DNA from: Somniosus microcephalus
Taxonomy: Eukaryota
Assembly: GCA_052327205.1 (NCBI GenBank)
Contig: CM126212.1
Span: 95,728,001 to 95,792,000 of the forward strand
Direction of reading: 5' to 3'
DNA: 64,000 nt
The position numbers were made by a program, and so were the translations under genes. The stretch's first letter is position 1, and each line of letters starts with the position of its first letter. The notes below the pieces were generated by a model, which did no database searches, had not been told where the DNA came from, and worked only from the letters and a program-made list of their open reading frames with translations. Shown here in pieces: positions 1-13,400 of this stretch.

Positions 1-2940
1 TCAATAACCCAGCACCATGTGACTGAAGGAGACAATAACCCAGCACCATGTGACTGAAGGAGACAATAACCCAGCACCCTGTGACGGAAGGGACAATAAC
101 CCAGCACCCTGTCACTGAAGGGACAATAACCCAGCACCCTGTGACTGAAGGAAACAATAACCCAGCACCCTGTGACTGAAGCAGACAATAACCCAGCACC
201 CTGTGACTGAAGGAGTCAATAACACAGCACCCTGTGACTGAAGGAGTCAATAACCCAGCACCCTGAAGAGATATTAACCCGGCACCCTGTGACTGAAGGA
301 GACAATAACCCAGCACCCTGTGACAGAAGAGACAATAACCCAGCACCCTGTGACCGAAGGAGACAATAACCCAGCACCCTGTGACTGAAGGAGACAATAA
401 CCCAGCACCCTGTTATTGAAGAGACAATAATCCAGCACCCTGTCACTGAAGGAGACAGTAACCCAGCACGCTGTCACTGAAGGGACAATAACCCAGCACC
501 TGTGACTGGAGGAGACAATAACCCAGCACCCTGTCACCGAAGAGACAATAACCCAGCAGTCTGTGACTGAAGACACAATAACCCAACACCCTGTGAGTGA
601 AGGAGACAATATCCCAGTACCCTGTGACTGAAGGAGACAATAACCCAGCACCCTGTTACTGAAGAGACAATAACCCAGCACCCTGTGACTGATGGAGACA
701 ATAACCCAGCAGCCTGTAACTGATGGAGACAATAACCCAACACCCTGTGAGTGAAGGACACAATGACCCAGCACCCTGTGACTGAAGAGACAATAACCCA
801 GCACCCTGTCACCGAAGAGACAATAACCCAGCAGCCTGTGACTGAAGAGACAATAACCCAGCACCCTGTCAATGAAGGAGAGAATAACCCAGCACCCTGT
901 GACTGAAGGAGACAATAATCCAGCACCCTGTCACTGAAGGAGACAATAACCCAGCATCCTGTGACTGAAGAGACAATAACCCAGCACCCTGTGACTGAAG
1001 GGACAATAACCCAACACCCTGTGACTGAAGGATACAATAACTCAGCACCCTGTGACTAATGAAGACAATAACCCAACACCCTGTGACTAATGAAGACAAT
1101 AACCCGGCACCCTGTCACTTAAGGAGACAATAACCCAACACCCTGTGCCTGAAGGATACAATAACCAAGCACCCTGTGACTGAAAGAGACAATAACCTAG
1201 CACCCTGTGACTGAAGAGATGATAACCCAGCACCCTGTGTCTGAAGGAGACAATAACCCAGCACCCTGTGACTGAAGGAGTAAATAATCCAGCACACTGT
1301 GACTGAAGGGACAATAACCCAGCACACCGTGACTGAAGGGACAATAGCCCAGCAACCTGTGACTGAAGAAGACAATAACGCAGCACCCTGTGAATCATGG
1401 AGACAATAACCCAGCACCCTGTGACTGAAGGAGACAATAACCCTGCATGCTGTAACTGAAGGGACATTAACCCAGCACCCTGTGACTGAAGGAGATAATA
1501 ACCCAGCACCCTATCACTGAAGGAGACAATAAGCCAGCACCCTGTCACTGAAGTAGACAATAAGCCAGCACCCTGTGACTGAAGAGACAATAACCCAGCA
1601 CCGTGACTGAAGGAGACAATAACCCAGCAGCCTGTGACTGAAGGAGACAATAACCCAGCACCCTGTCACTGAAGGAGACAATAACCCAGCACCCTGTGAC
1701 TGAAGGATGCAGTAACCCAGCACCCTGTGACTGAAGGAGACAATAACCCAGCACCCTGTGACTGAAGGAGTCAATAACACAGCACCCTGTGACTGAAGGA
1801 GTCAATAACCCAGCACCCTGAAGAGATATTAACCCAGCACCCTGTGACTGAAGGAGACAATAACCCAGCACCCTGTGACTGAAGGATACAATAACCCAGC
1901 ACCCTGTGACCGAAGGAGACAATAACCTATCACCCTGTGACTGAAGAGATAATAACCCAGCACCCTGTCACTGAAGGAGACAATAACCCAGCACCCTATG
2001 ACTGAAGGAGACAATAACCCAGCACCCTGTCACTGAAGGAGACAATAACCCAGCACCCTGTCACTGAAGAGACAATAACCCAGCACCGTGACTGAAGGAG
2101 ACAATAACCCAGCACCGTGACTGAAGGACACAAAAACCCAGCACCCTCTGATGGAAGGAGACAATAACACAGCACCCTGCTTCTGAAGAGACAATAACCC
2201 AGCACCCTGTGACTGAAGGACACAATAAGCCAGCATCCTGTGACTGAAGGAGACAATAACCCAGCACCCTGTGACTGAAGGAGACAATAACCCAGCACCC
2301 TGTTTCTGAAGAGACAATAACCCAGCATCATATCACTGAAGGAGACAATAACCCAGCACCCTGTCACTGAAGGAGACAATAACCCAGCATCCTGTGACGG
2401 AAGAGAGAATAACCCAGCACCCTGTCACTGAAGAGACAATGACCCAGCACCCTGTGACTGAAGGGACAATAACCCAGCACCCTGTGACTGAAGGATACAA
2501 TAACCCAGCACCCTGTGACTGAAGGGACAATAACCCAGCACCCTGTCACTGAAGGAGAGAATAACCCAACACCCTCTGTGAAGAGACAATAAACCAGCAC
2601 GCTGTCACTGAAGGGACAATAACCCAGCACCCTGTCACTGAAGGAGACAATAACCCAGCACCCTGTCACTGAAGGAGAGAATAACCCAACACCCTCTGTG
2701 AAGAGACAATAAACCAGCACCCTGTCACTGAAGGGACAATAACCCAGCACCCTGTGACTAATGAAGACAATAACCCAGCACCCTGTGACTGAAGGAAACA
2801 ATAACCCAACAACCTGTCACTGAAGGAGACAATAACCCAGCACCCTGTGACTGAAGGAGACAATAACCCAGCACCCTGTCACTGAAGGAGACAATAACCC
2901 AGCACCCTGTGACTGAAGGATGCAGTAACCCAGCACCCTG

Positions 2941-3292
2941 GGGCAGCACGGTGGCATAGTGGTTAGCACTGTTGCCTCACAGCGCCAGGGACCCGGGTTC
3001 GAATCCAGCCTCGGGTGACTGTCTGTGTGGAGTTTGCACATTCTCCCCGTGTTTGCGTGGGTTTTCTCCGGGTGCTCCGGTTTCCTCCCACAGTCCAAAG
3101 ATGTGCGGGTTAGGTTGATTGGCTATGATAAATTGACCCTTAGTGTTAGGGGGATTAAATACGTGGGGATAGGGTGGGATATGTGTTGGTGAAGGGGTAA
3201 CGGGGATCGGGTGGGATATGTGTCGGTGCAGGCTCGATGGGCCGAAATGGCCTCTATCTGCACTGTGGGGTTTCTGTGATTCTGTGATTCTG
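2941..3292 (+). mobile_element. tRNA-derived SINE, HE1-like (elasmobranch), full length, inserted in the satellite
   Basis: Head GGGCAGCACGGTGGCATAGTGGTTAGC with A box (TGGCATAGTGG) and B box (GGTTCGAATCC). CR1-like 3' end (atgggccgaaatggcctc) and (GATTCTGT)n tail; 352 bp. Confidence 0.9.
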
Positions 3293-4085
3293 TGACTGAA
3301 GGAGACAATAACCCAGCACCCTGTGACTGAAGGAGTCAATAACACAGCACCCTGTGACTGAAGAGACAATAACCCAGCACCCTGTGACTGAAGGACACAA
3401 TAAGCCAGCATCCTGTGACTGAAGGAGACAATAACCCAGCACCCTGTCACTGAAGGAGACAATTACCCAGCACCCTGTGACTGAAGGAGACAATAACACA
3501 GCACCCTGTTTCTGAAGAGACAATAACCCAGCATCATATCACTGAAGGAGACAATAACCCAGCACCCTGTCACTGAAGGAGACAATAACCCAGCATCCTG
3601 TGACGGAAGGAGACAATAACCCCGCACCCTGTGACTGAAGAGAGAATAACCCAGCACCCTGTCACTGAAGAGACAATGACCCAGCACCCTGTGACTGAAG
3701 GGACAATAACCCAGCACCCTGTGACTGAAGGATACAATAACCCAGCACCCTCTGTGAAGAGACAATAAACCAGCACGCTGTCACTGAAGGGACAATAACC
3801 CAGCACCCTGTCACTGAAGGAGACAATAACCCAGCACCCTGTCACTGAAGGAGAGAATAACCCAACACCCTCTGTGAAGAGACAATAAACCAGCACCCTG
3901 TCACTGAAGGGACAATAACCCAGCACCCTGTGACTAATGAAGACAATAACCCAGCACCCTGTGACTGAAGGAAACAATAACCCAGCACCCTGTGACTGAA
4001 GGAGACAATAACCCAGCACCCTGTCACTGAAGGAGACAATAACCCAGCACCCTGTGACTGAAGGATGCAGTAACCCAGCACCCTG

Positions 4086-4437
4086 GGGCAGCACGGTGGC
4101 ATAGTGGTTAGCACTGTTGCCTCACAGCGCCAGGGACCCGGGTTCGAATCCAGCCTCGGGTGACTGTCTGTGTGGAGTTTGCACATTCTCCCCGTGTTTG
4201 CGTGGGTTTTCTCCGGGTGCTCCGGTTTCCTCCCACAGTCCAAAGATGTGCAGGTTAGGTTGATTGGCTATGATAAATTGACCCTTAGTGTTAGGGGGAT
4301 TAAATACGTGGGGATAGGGTGGGATATGTGTTGGTGAAGGGGTAACGGGGATCGGGTGGGATATGTGTCGGTGCAGGCTCGATGGGCCGAAATGGCCTCT
4401 ATCTGCACTGTGGGGTTTCTGTGATTCTGTGATTCTG
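4086..4437 (+). mobile_element. Second HE1-like SINE copy (duplicate of 2941-3292)
   Basis: Same flanks and sequence at offset 1145; one difference seen (G3107 vs A4252). Confidence 0.9.
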
Positions 4438-7400
4438 TGACTGAAGGAGACAATAACCCAGCACCCTGTGACTGAAGGAGTCAATAACACAGCACCCTGT
4501 GACTGAAGGAGTCAATAACCCAGCACCCTGAAGAGATATTAACCCAGCACCCTGCGACTGAAGGAGACAATAACCCAGCACCCTGAAGAGATATTAACCC
4601 AGCACCCTGCGACTGAAGGAGACAATAACCCAGCACCCTGAAGAGATATTAACCCAGCACCCTGCGACTGAAGGAGACAATAACCCAGCACCCTGTGACT
4701 GAAGGAGACAATAAACCAGCACCCTGTGACTGAAGAGACAATAACCCAGCACCCTGTGACCGAAGGAGACAATATCCCAGCCCCCTGTGACTGAAGGAGA
4801 CAATAACCCAGCACCCTGTGTCTGAAGAGACAATAACCCAGCACCCTGTCACCGAAGAGACAATAACCCAGCAGCCTGTGACTGAAGAGACAATAACCCA
4901 GCATCCTGTGTCTGAAGGAGACATTAACCCAGCACCCTGTGACTGAAGAGACAATAACCCAGCACCCTGTCAATGAAGGAGAGAATAACCCAGCACCCTG
5001 TGACTGAAGGAGACAATAATCCAGCACCCTGTCACTGAAGGAGACAATAACCCAGCACCCTGTGACTGAAGAGACAATAACCCAACACCCTGTGACTGAA
5101 GGATACAATAACTCAGCACCCTGTGACTGAAGGGACAATAACCCAGAACCCTGTCACTGAAGGAGACAATAACCCAGCACCCTGTGACGAATGAAGACAA
5201 TAACCCAGCACCCTGTCACTGAAGGAGACAGCAACCCAACACCCTGCGCCTGAAGGATACAATAACCGAGCACCCTGTGACTGAAAGAGTCAATAACCTA
5301 GCACCCTGTGACTGAAGAGATGATAACCCAGCACCCTGTGTCTGAAGGAGACAATAACCCAGCACCCTGTAACTGAAAAGACAACAACCCAGCACACTGT
5401 GACTGAAGGAGACAATAACCCAGCAACCTGTCACTGAAGGAGACAATAACCCAGCACCCTGCGACTGAAAGAGCCAATAACCCAGCACCCTGTCACTAAA
5501 GGAGGCAATAACCCAGCACCCTGCGACTGAAGGAGTCAATAACACAGCACCCTGTGACTGAAGGAGTCAATAACCCAGCACCCTGAAGAGATATTAACCC
5601 AGCACCCTGTGACTGAAGGAGACAATAACCCAGCACCCTGTGACTGGAGGAGACAATAACCCAGCACCCTGTGACTGAAGAGACAATAACCCAGCACCCT
5701 GTGACTGAAGGATACAATAACCCAGCACCCTGTGACAGAAGAGACAATAACCCAGCATCCTGTGACTAATGGAGACAATAACCCAGCACCCTATGACTGA
5801 AGAGACAATAACCCAGCACACTGTGACCGAAGGAGACAATAACCCACCACCCTGTGACTGAAGGAGACAATAACCCAGCACCCTGTTATTGAAGAAACAA
5901 TAACCCAGCACCCTGTCACTGAAGGAGACAGTAACCCAGCACCCTGTCACTGAAGGGACAATAACCCAACACCCTCTGTGAAGAGACAATAAACCAGCAC
6001 CCTGTCACTGAAGGGACAATAACCCAGCAGTCTGTGACTGAAGACACAATCACCCAGCACCATGTGACTGATGGAGACAATAACCCAGCAGCCCGTGACT
6101 GAACAGACAATAACCCAACACCCTGTGAGTGAAGGAGACAATATCCCAGCACCCTGTGACTGATGGAGACAATAACCCAGCACCCTGTGACTGAAGAGAC
6201 AATAACCCAGCACCCTGTCACTGAAGGAGACAATAACCCAGCACCCTGTCACTGAAGGAGACAATAACCCAGCACCCTGTCACTGAAGACAGAATAACCC
6301 AGCACCCTGTTGCTGAAGGAGACAATAACCCAGCACCCTGTAACTGAAGAGACAATAACCCAGCACCCTGTCACTGAAAACACAATAACCCAGCACCCTG
6401 TTTCTGAAGAGACAATAACCCACCACCATGTGACTGAAGATACAATACCCCAGCACCATGTGACTGAAGGAGACAATAACCCAGCAGCCTGTCACTGAAG
6501 GGACAATAACCCAGCACACTATGACTGAAGGAAACAATAACCCAGCAGCCTGTGACTGAAGAGACAATAACCCAACACCCTGTGAGTGAAGGACACAATG
6601 ACCCAGCACCCTGTGACTGAAGGAGACAATAACCCAGCACCCTGTCACTGAAGAGACAATAACCCAGCACCCTGTCACAGAATGAGAGAATAACCCAACA
6701 CCCTCTGTGAAGAGACAATAAACCAGCACCCTGTCACTGAAGAGACAATAACCCAGCACCCTGTCACAGAAGGAGAGAATAACCCAACACCCTCTGTGAA
6801 GAGACAATAACCCAACACCCTGTCACTGAATAGACAATAACCCAGCAACCTATGACTGAAGGAGACAATAGCCCAGCAGCCTGTGACTGAAGAGACAATA
6901 ACCCAACACCCTGTCACTGAAGGAGACAATAACCCAGCACCCTGTCACTGAAGACAGAATAACCCAGCAACCTGTGACTGAAGAGACAATAACCCAGCAT
7001 CCTGTGTCTGAAGGAGACAATAACCCAGCACCCTGTCACTGAAGGAGACAATAACCCAGCACCCTGTCACTGAAGCAGACAATAACCCAGCACCCTGTGA
7101 CTAATGAAGACAATAACCCGGCACCCTGTCACTGAAGGAGACAATAACCCAACACCCTGTGACTGAAGGATACAATAACCCAGCACCTTGTGACTGAAGG
7201 GACAATAACCCAGCACCCTGTCACTGAAGGAGACAATAACCCAGCACTCAGTGACCAATGAAGACAATATCCCAGCACCCTGTGACTGAAGGAGGCAATA
7301 ACGCAGCACCCTGTTACAGAAGGTAACAATAACCCAGCACCCTGTGACTGAAGAGATGATAACCCAGCACCCTGTGTCTGAAGGAGACAATAACCCAGCA

Positions 7401-10400
7401 CCCTGTGACAAATGGAGACAATAACCCAGCATCCTGTGAATGATGGAGACAATAACCCAGCACCCTTTCACTGAAGGAGACAATAACCCAACACCCTGTC
7501 ACTGAAGACAGAATAACCCAGCACCCTGTGACTAATGAAGACAATAACCGAGCACCCTGTGACTGAAAGAGTCAATAACCTAGCACCCTGTGACTGAAGA
7601 GATGATAACCCAGCACCCTGTGTCTGAAGGAGACAATAACCCAGCACCCTGTAACTGAAAAGACAACAACCCAGCACACTGTGACTGAAGGAGACAATAA
7701 CCCAGCAACCTGTCACTGAAGGAGACAATAACCCAGCACCCTGCGACTGAAAGAGCCAATAACCCAGCACCCTGTCACTAAAGGAGGCAATAACCCAGCA
7801 CCCTGCGACTGAAGGATGCAGTAACCCAGCACCCTGTGACTGAAGGAGACAATAACCCAGCACCCTGTGACTGAAGGAGTCAATAACACAGCACCCTGTG
7901 ACTGAAGGAGTCAATAACCCAGCACCCTGAAGAGATATTAACCCAGCACCCTGTGACTGAAGGAGACAATAACCCAGCACCCTGTGACTGGAGGAGACAA
8001 TAACCCAGCACCCTGTGACTGAAGAGACAATAACCCAGCACCCTGTGACTGAAGGATACAATAACCCAGCACCCTGTGACAGAAGAGACAATAACCCAGC
8101 ATCCTGTGACTAATGGAGACAATAACCCAGCACCCTATGACTGAAGAGACAATAACCCAGCACACTGTGACCGAAGGAGACAATAACCCACCACCCTGTG
8201 ACTGAAGGAGACAATAACCCAGCACCCTGTTATTGAAGAAACAATAACCCAGCACCCTGTCACTGAAGGAGACAGTAACCCAGCACCCTGTCACTGAAGG
8301 GACAATAACCCAACACCCTCTGTGAAGAGACAATAAACCAGCACCCTGTCACTGAAGGGACAATAACCCAGCAGTCTGTGACTGAAGACACAATCACCCA
8401 GCACCATGTGACTGATGGAGACAATAACCCAGCAGCCCGTGACTGAACAGACAATAACCCAACACCCTGTGAGTGAAGGAGACAATATCCCAGCACCCTG
8501 TGACTGATGGAGACAATAACCCAGCACCCTGTGACTGAAGAGACAATAACCCAGCACCCTGTCACTGAAGGAGACAATAACCCAGCACCCTGTCACTGAA
8601 GGAGACAATAACCCAGCACCCTGTCACTGAAGACAGAATAACCCAGCACCCTGTTGCTGAAGGAGACAATAACCCAGCACCCTGTAACTGAAGAGACAAT
8701 AACCCAGCACCCTGTCACTGAAAACACAATAACCCAGCACCCTGTTTCTGAAGAGACAATAACCCAGCACCATGTGACTGAAGATACAATACCCCAGCAC
8801 CATGTGACTGAAGGAGACAATAACCCAGCAGCCTGTCACTGAAGGGACAATAACCCAGCACACTATGACTGAAGGAAACAATAACCCAGCAGCCTGTGAC
8901 TGAAGAGACAATAACCCAACACCCTGTGAGTGAAGGACACAATGACCCAGCACCCTGTGACTGAAGGAGACAATAACCCAGCACCCTGTCACTGAAGAGA
9001 CAATAACCCAGCACCCTGTCACAGAATGAGAGAATAACCCAACACCCTCTGTGAAGAGACAATAAACCAGCACCCTGTCACTGAAGAGACAATAACCCAG
9101 CACCCTGTCACAGAAGGAGAGAATAACCCAACACCCTCTGTGAAGAGACAATAACCCAACACCCTGTCACTGAATAGACAATAACCCAGCAACCTATGAC
9201 TGAAGGAGACAATAGCCCAGCAGCCTGTGACTGAAGAGACAATAACCCAACACCCTGTCACTGAAGGAGACAATAACCCAGCACCCTGTCACTGAAGACA
9301 GAATAACCCAGCAACCTGTGACTGAAGAGACAATAACCCAGCATCCTGTGTCTGAAGGAGACAATAACCCAGCACCCTGTCACTGAAGGAGACAATAACC
9401 CAGCACCCTGTCACTGAAGCAGACAATAACCCAGCACCCTGTGACTAATGAAGACAATAACCCGGCACCCTGTCACTGAAGGAGACAATAACCCAACACC
9501 CTGTGACTGAAGGATACAATAACCCAGCACCTTGTGACTGAAGGGACAATAACCCAGCACCCTGTCACTGAAGGAGACAATAACCCAGCACCCTGTGACT
9601 AATGAAGACAATATCCCAGCACCCTGTGACTGAAGGAGGCAATAACGCAGCACCCTGTCACTGAAGGAGACAATAACCCAGCACCCTGTTACAGAAGGTA
9701 ACAATAACCCAGCACCCTGTGACTGAAGAGATGATAACCCAGCACCCTGTGTCTGAAGGAGACAATAACCCAGCACCCTGTGACAAATGGAGACAATAAC
9801 CCAGCATCCTGTGAATGATGGAGACAATAACCCAGCACCCTGTCACTAAATAAGACAATAACCCAGCACTGTGACTGAAGGAGACAATAACCCAGCGCCC
9901 TGTCACTGAAGAGACAATAACCCAGCACCGTGACTGAAGGAGACAATAACCCAGCACCGTGACTGAAGGAGACAATAACCCAGCACCCTGTCACTGAATA
10001 AGACAATAACCCAGCACCGTGACTGAAGGAGACAATAACCCAGCGCCCTGTCACTGAAGAGACAATAACCCAGCACCGTGACTGAAGGAGACAATAACCC
10101 AGCACCCTGTCACTGAAGAGACAATAACCCAGCACCGTGACTGAAGGAGACAATTACACAGCACCCTGTTTCTGAAAAGACAATAACGCAGCACCCTGTC
10201 ACTGAAGAGACAATAACCCAGCACCCTGTCACTGAAGAGATAATAACCCAGCACCCTTTCACTGAAGGAGACAATAACCCAACACCCTCTCACTGAAGAC
10301 AGAATAACCCAGCACCCTGTGACTAATGAAGACAATAACCCAGCACCCTGTGACTGAAGGAGACAATAACCCACCACCCTGTTACTGAAGAGACAATAAC

Positions 10401-13400
10401 CCAGCACCCTGTCACTGAAGGAGACAATAACCCAGCACCCTGTCACTGAAGGGACAATAACCCAACACCCTCTGTGAAGAGACAATAAACCAGCACCCTG
10501 TGACTGATGGAGACAATAACCCAGCAGCCTGTGATTGAAGAGACAATAACCCAGCACCCTGTGACTGAAGAGACAATAACCCAGCACCCTGTGACTGAAG
10601 GAGACAATAACCCAGCACCCTGTCACTGAAGGGACAATAACCCAGCACCCTGTGACTGAAGGATGCAGTAACCCAGCACCCTGTGACTGAAGGAGACAAT
10701 AACCCAGCACCCTGTGACTGAAGGAGTCAATAACCCAGCACCCTGTGGCTGAAGGAGACAATAACCCAGCACCCTGTGACTGAAGGAGACAATAACCCAG
10801 CATCCTGTGACTAATGGAGACAATAACCCAGCACCCTATGACTGAAGAGACAATAACCCAGCACACTGTGACCGGAGACAATAACCCAGCACCCTGTCAC
10901 TGAAGGAGACAATAACCCAGCACCCTGTGTCTGAAGAGACAATAACCCAGCACCCTGTGACTGAAGAGACAATAACCCAGCACCCTGTGACTGAAGGAGA
11001 CAATAACCCAGCACCCTGTGTCTGAAGAGACAATAACCCAGCACCCTGTGACTGAAGAGACCATAACCCAGCAGCCTGTGACTGAAGGAGACAATAACCC
11101 AGCAGCCTGTGACTGAAGGAGACCATAACCCAGCACCCTGTCACTGAAGAGACAATAACCCAGCACCCTGTCACTGAAGAGACAATAACCCAGCAGCCTG
11201 TTGCTGAAGGAGACAATAACCCAGCACCCTGTCACTGAAGAGACAATAACCCAGCACCCTATCACTGAAGAGACAATAACCCAGCACCCTGTCACTGAAG
11301 AGACAATAACCCAGCACCCTGTCACTGAAGGAGACAATAAACCAGCACCCTGTCACTGAAGAGACAATAACCCAGTACGCTATGACTAATGGAGACAATA
11401 ACCCAGCACCCTGTGATTGAAAGAGACAATAACCCAGCACCCTGTTTCTGAAGGAGACAATAACCCAGCAGCCTGTCACTAAAGGGACAATAACCCAGCA
11501 CCCTGTGACTGAAGGAGACAATAACCCAGCACCCTGTGTCTGAAGAGACAATAACCCAGCACCCTGTGACTGAAGAGACAATAACCCAGCACCCTGTGAC
11601 TGATGGAGACAATAACCCAGCAGCCTGTGACTGAAGAGACAATAACCCAACACCCTGTGAGTGAAGGACACAATGACCCAGCACCCTGTGACTGAAGGAG
11701 ACAATAACCCAGCACCCTGTGACTGATCGAGACAAAAACCCAGCACACTGTGACTGAAGGAGACAATAACCCAGCACCCTATCACTGAAGGAGACAATAA
11801 CCCAGCACCTGTGACTGGAGGAGACAATAACCCAGCACCCTGTCACCGAAGAGACAATAACCCAGCAGCCTGTGACTGAAGAGACAATAACCCAACACCC
11901 TGTGTCTGAAGAGACAATAACCCAGCACCCTGTGACTAATGAAGACAATAAACCAGAACCCTGTCACTGAAAAGACAACAACCCAGCACCCTGTTTCTGA
12001 AGAGACAATAACCCAGCACCCTGTGACGGAACGGACAATAACCCAGCACCCTGTGATGGAAGGGACAATAACCCAGCACCCTGTCACTGAAGGAGACAAT
12101 AACCCAGCACCCTGTCACTGAAGAGGCAATAACCCAGCACCCTGTCACTGAAGGAGACAATAACCCAGCACCCTGTCACTGAAGGAGACAATAACCCAGC
12201 ACCCTGTCACTGAAGACAGAATAACCCAGCACCCTGTTGCTGAAGGAGACAATAACCCAGCACCCTGTAACTGAAGAGACAATAACCCAGCACCCTGTCA
12301 CTGAAAACACAATAACCCAGCACCCTGTTTCTGAAGAGACAATAACCCAGCACCATGTGACTGAAGATACAATACCCCAGCACCATGTGACTGAAGGAGA
12401 CAATAACCCAGCAGCCTGTCACTGAAGGGACAATAACCCAGCACGCTATGACTGAAGGAAACAATAACCCAGCAGCCTGTGACTGAAGAGACAATAACCC
12501 AACACCCTGTGAGTGAAGGACACAATGACCCAGCACCCTGTGACTGAAGGAGACAATAACCCAGCACCCTGTCACTGAAGAGACAATAACCCAGCACCGT
12601 GTCACAGAATGAGAGAATAACCCAACACCCTCTGTGAAGAGACAATAAACCAGCACACTGTCACTGAAGAGACAATAACCCAGCACCCTGTCACAGAAGG
12701 AGAGAATAACCCAACACCCTCTGTGAAGAGACAATAACCCAACACCCTGTCACTGAATAGACAATAACCCAGCAACCTATGACTGAAGGAGACAATAGCC
12801 CAGCAGCCTGTGACTGAAGAGACAATAACCCAACACCCTGTCACTGAAGGAGACAATAACCCAGCACCCTGTCACTGAAGAGACAATAACCCAGCACCCT
12901 GCTTCTGAAGAGACAATAACCCAGCACCATGTGACTGAAGATACAATACCCCAGCACCATGTGACTGAAGGAGACAATAACCCAGCAGCCTGTCACTGAA
13001 GGGACAATAACCCAGCACGCTATGACGGAAGGAAATAATAACCCAGCAGCCTGTGACTGAAGAGACAATAACCCAACACCCTGTGAGTGAAGGACACAAT
13101 GACCCAGCACCCTGTGACTGAAGGAGACAATAACCCAGCACCCTGTCACTGAAGAGACAATAACCCAGCACCCTGTCACAGAATGAGAGAATAACCCAAC
13201 ACCCTCTGTGAAGAGACAATAAACCAGCACCCTGTCACTGAAGAGACAATAACCCAGCACCCTGTCACAGAAGGAGAGAATAACCCAACACCCTCTGTGA
13301 AGAGACAATAACCCAACACCCTGTCACTGAATAGACAATAACCCAGCAACCTATGACTGAAGGAGACAATAGCCCAGCAGCCTGTGACTGAAGAGACAAT

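Noticed and set aside
2941-3010. tRNA gene
   Set aside because: The A and B boxes belong to a SINE head that continues into a SINE body and tail; the same holds at 4086, 33931, 39685 and 53395.
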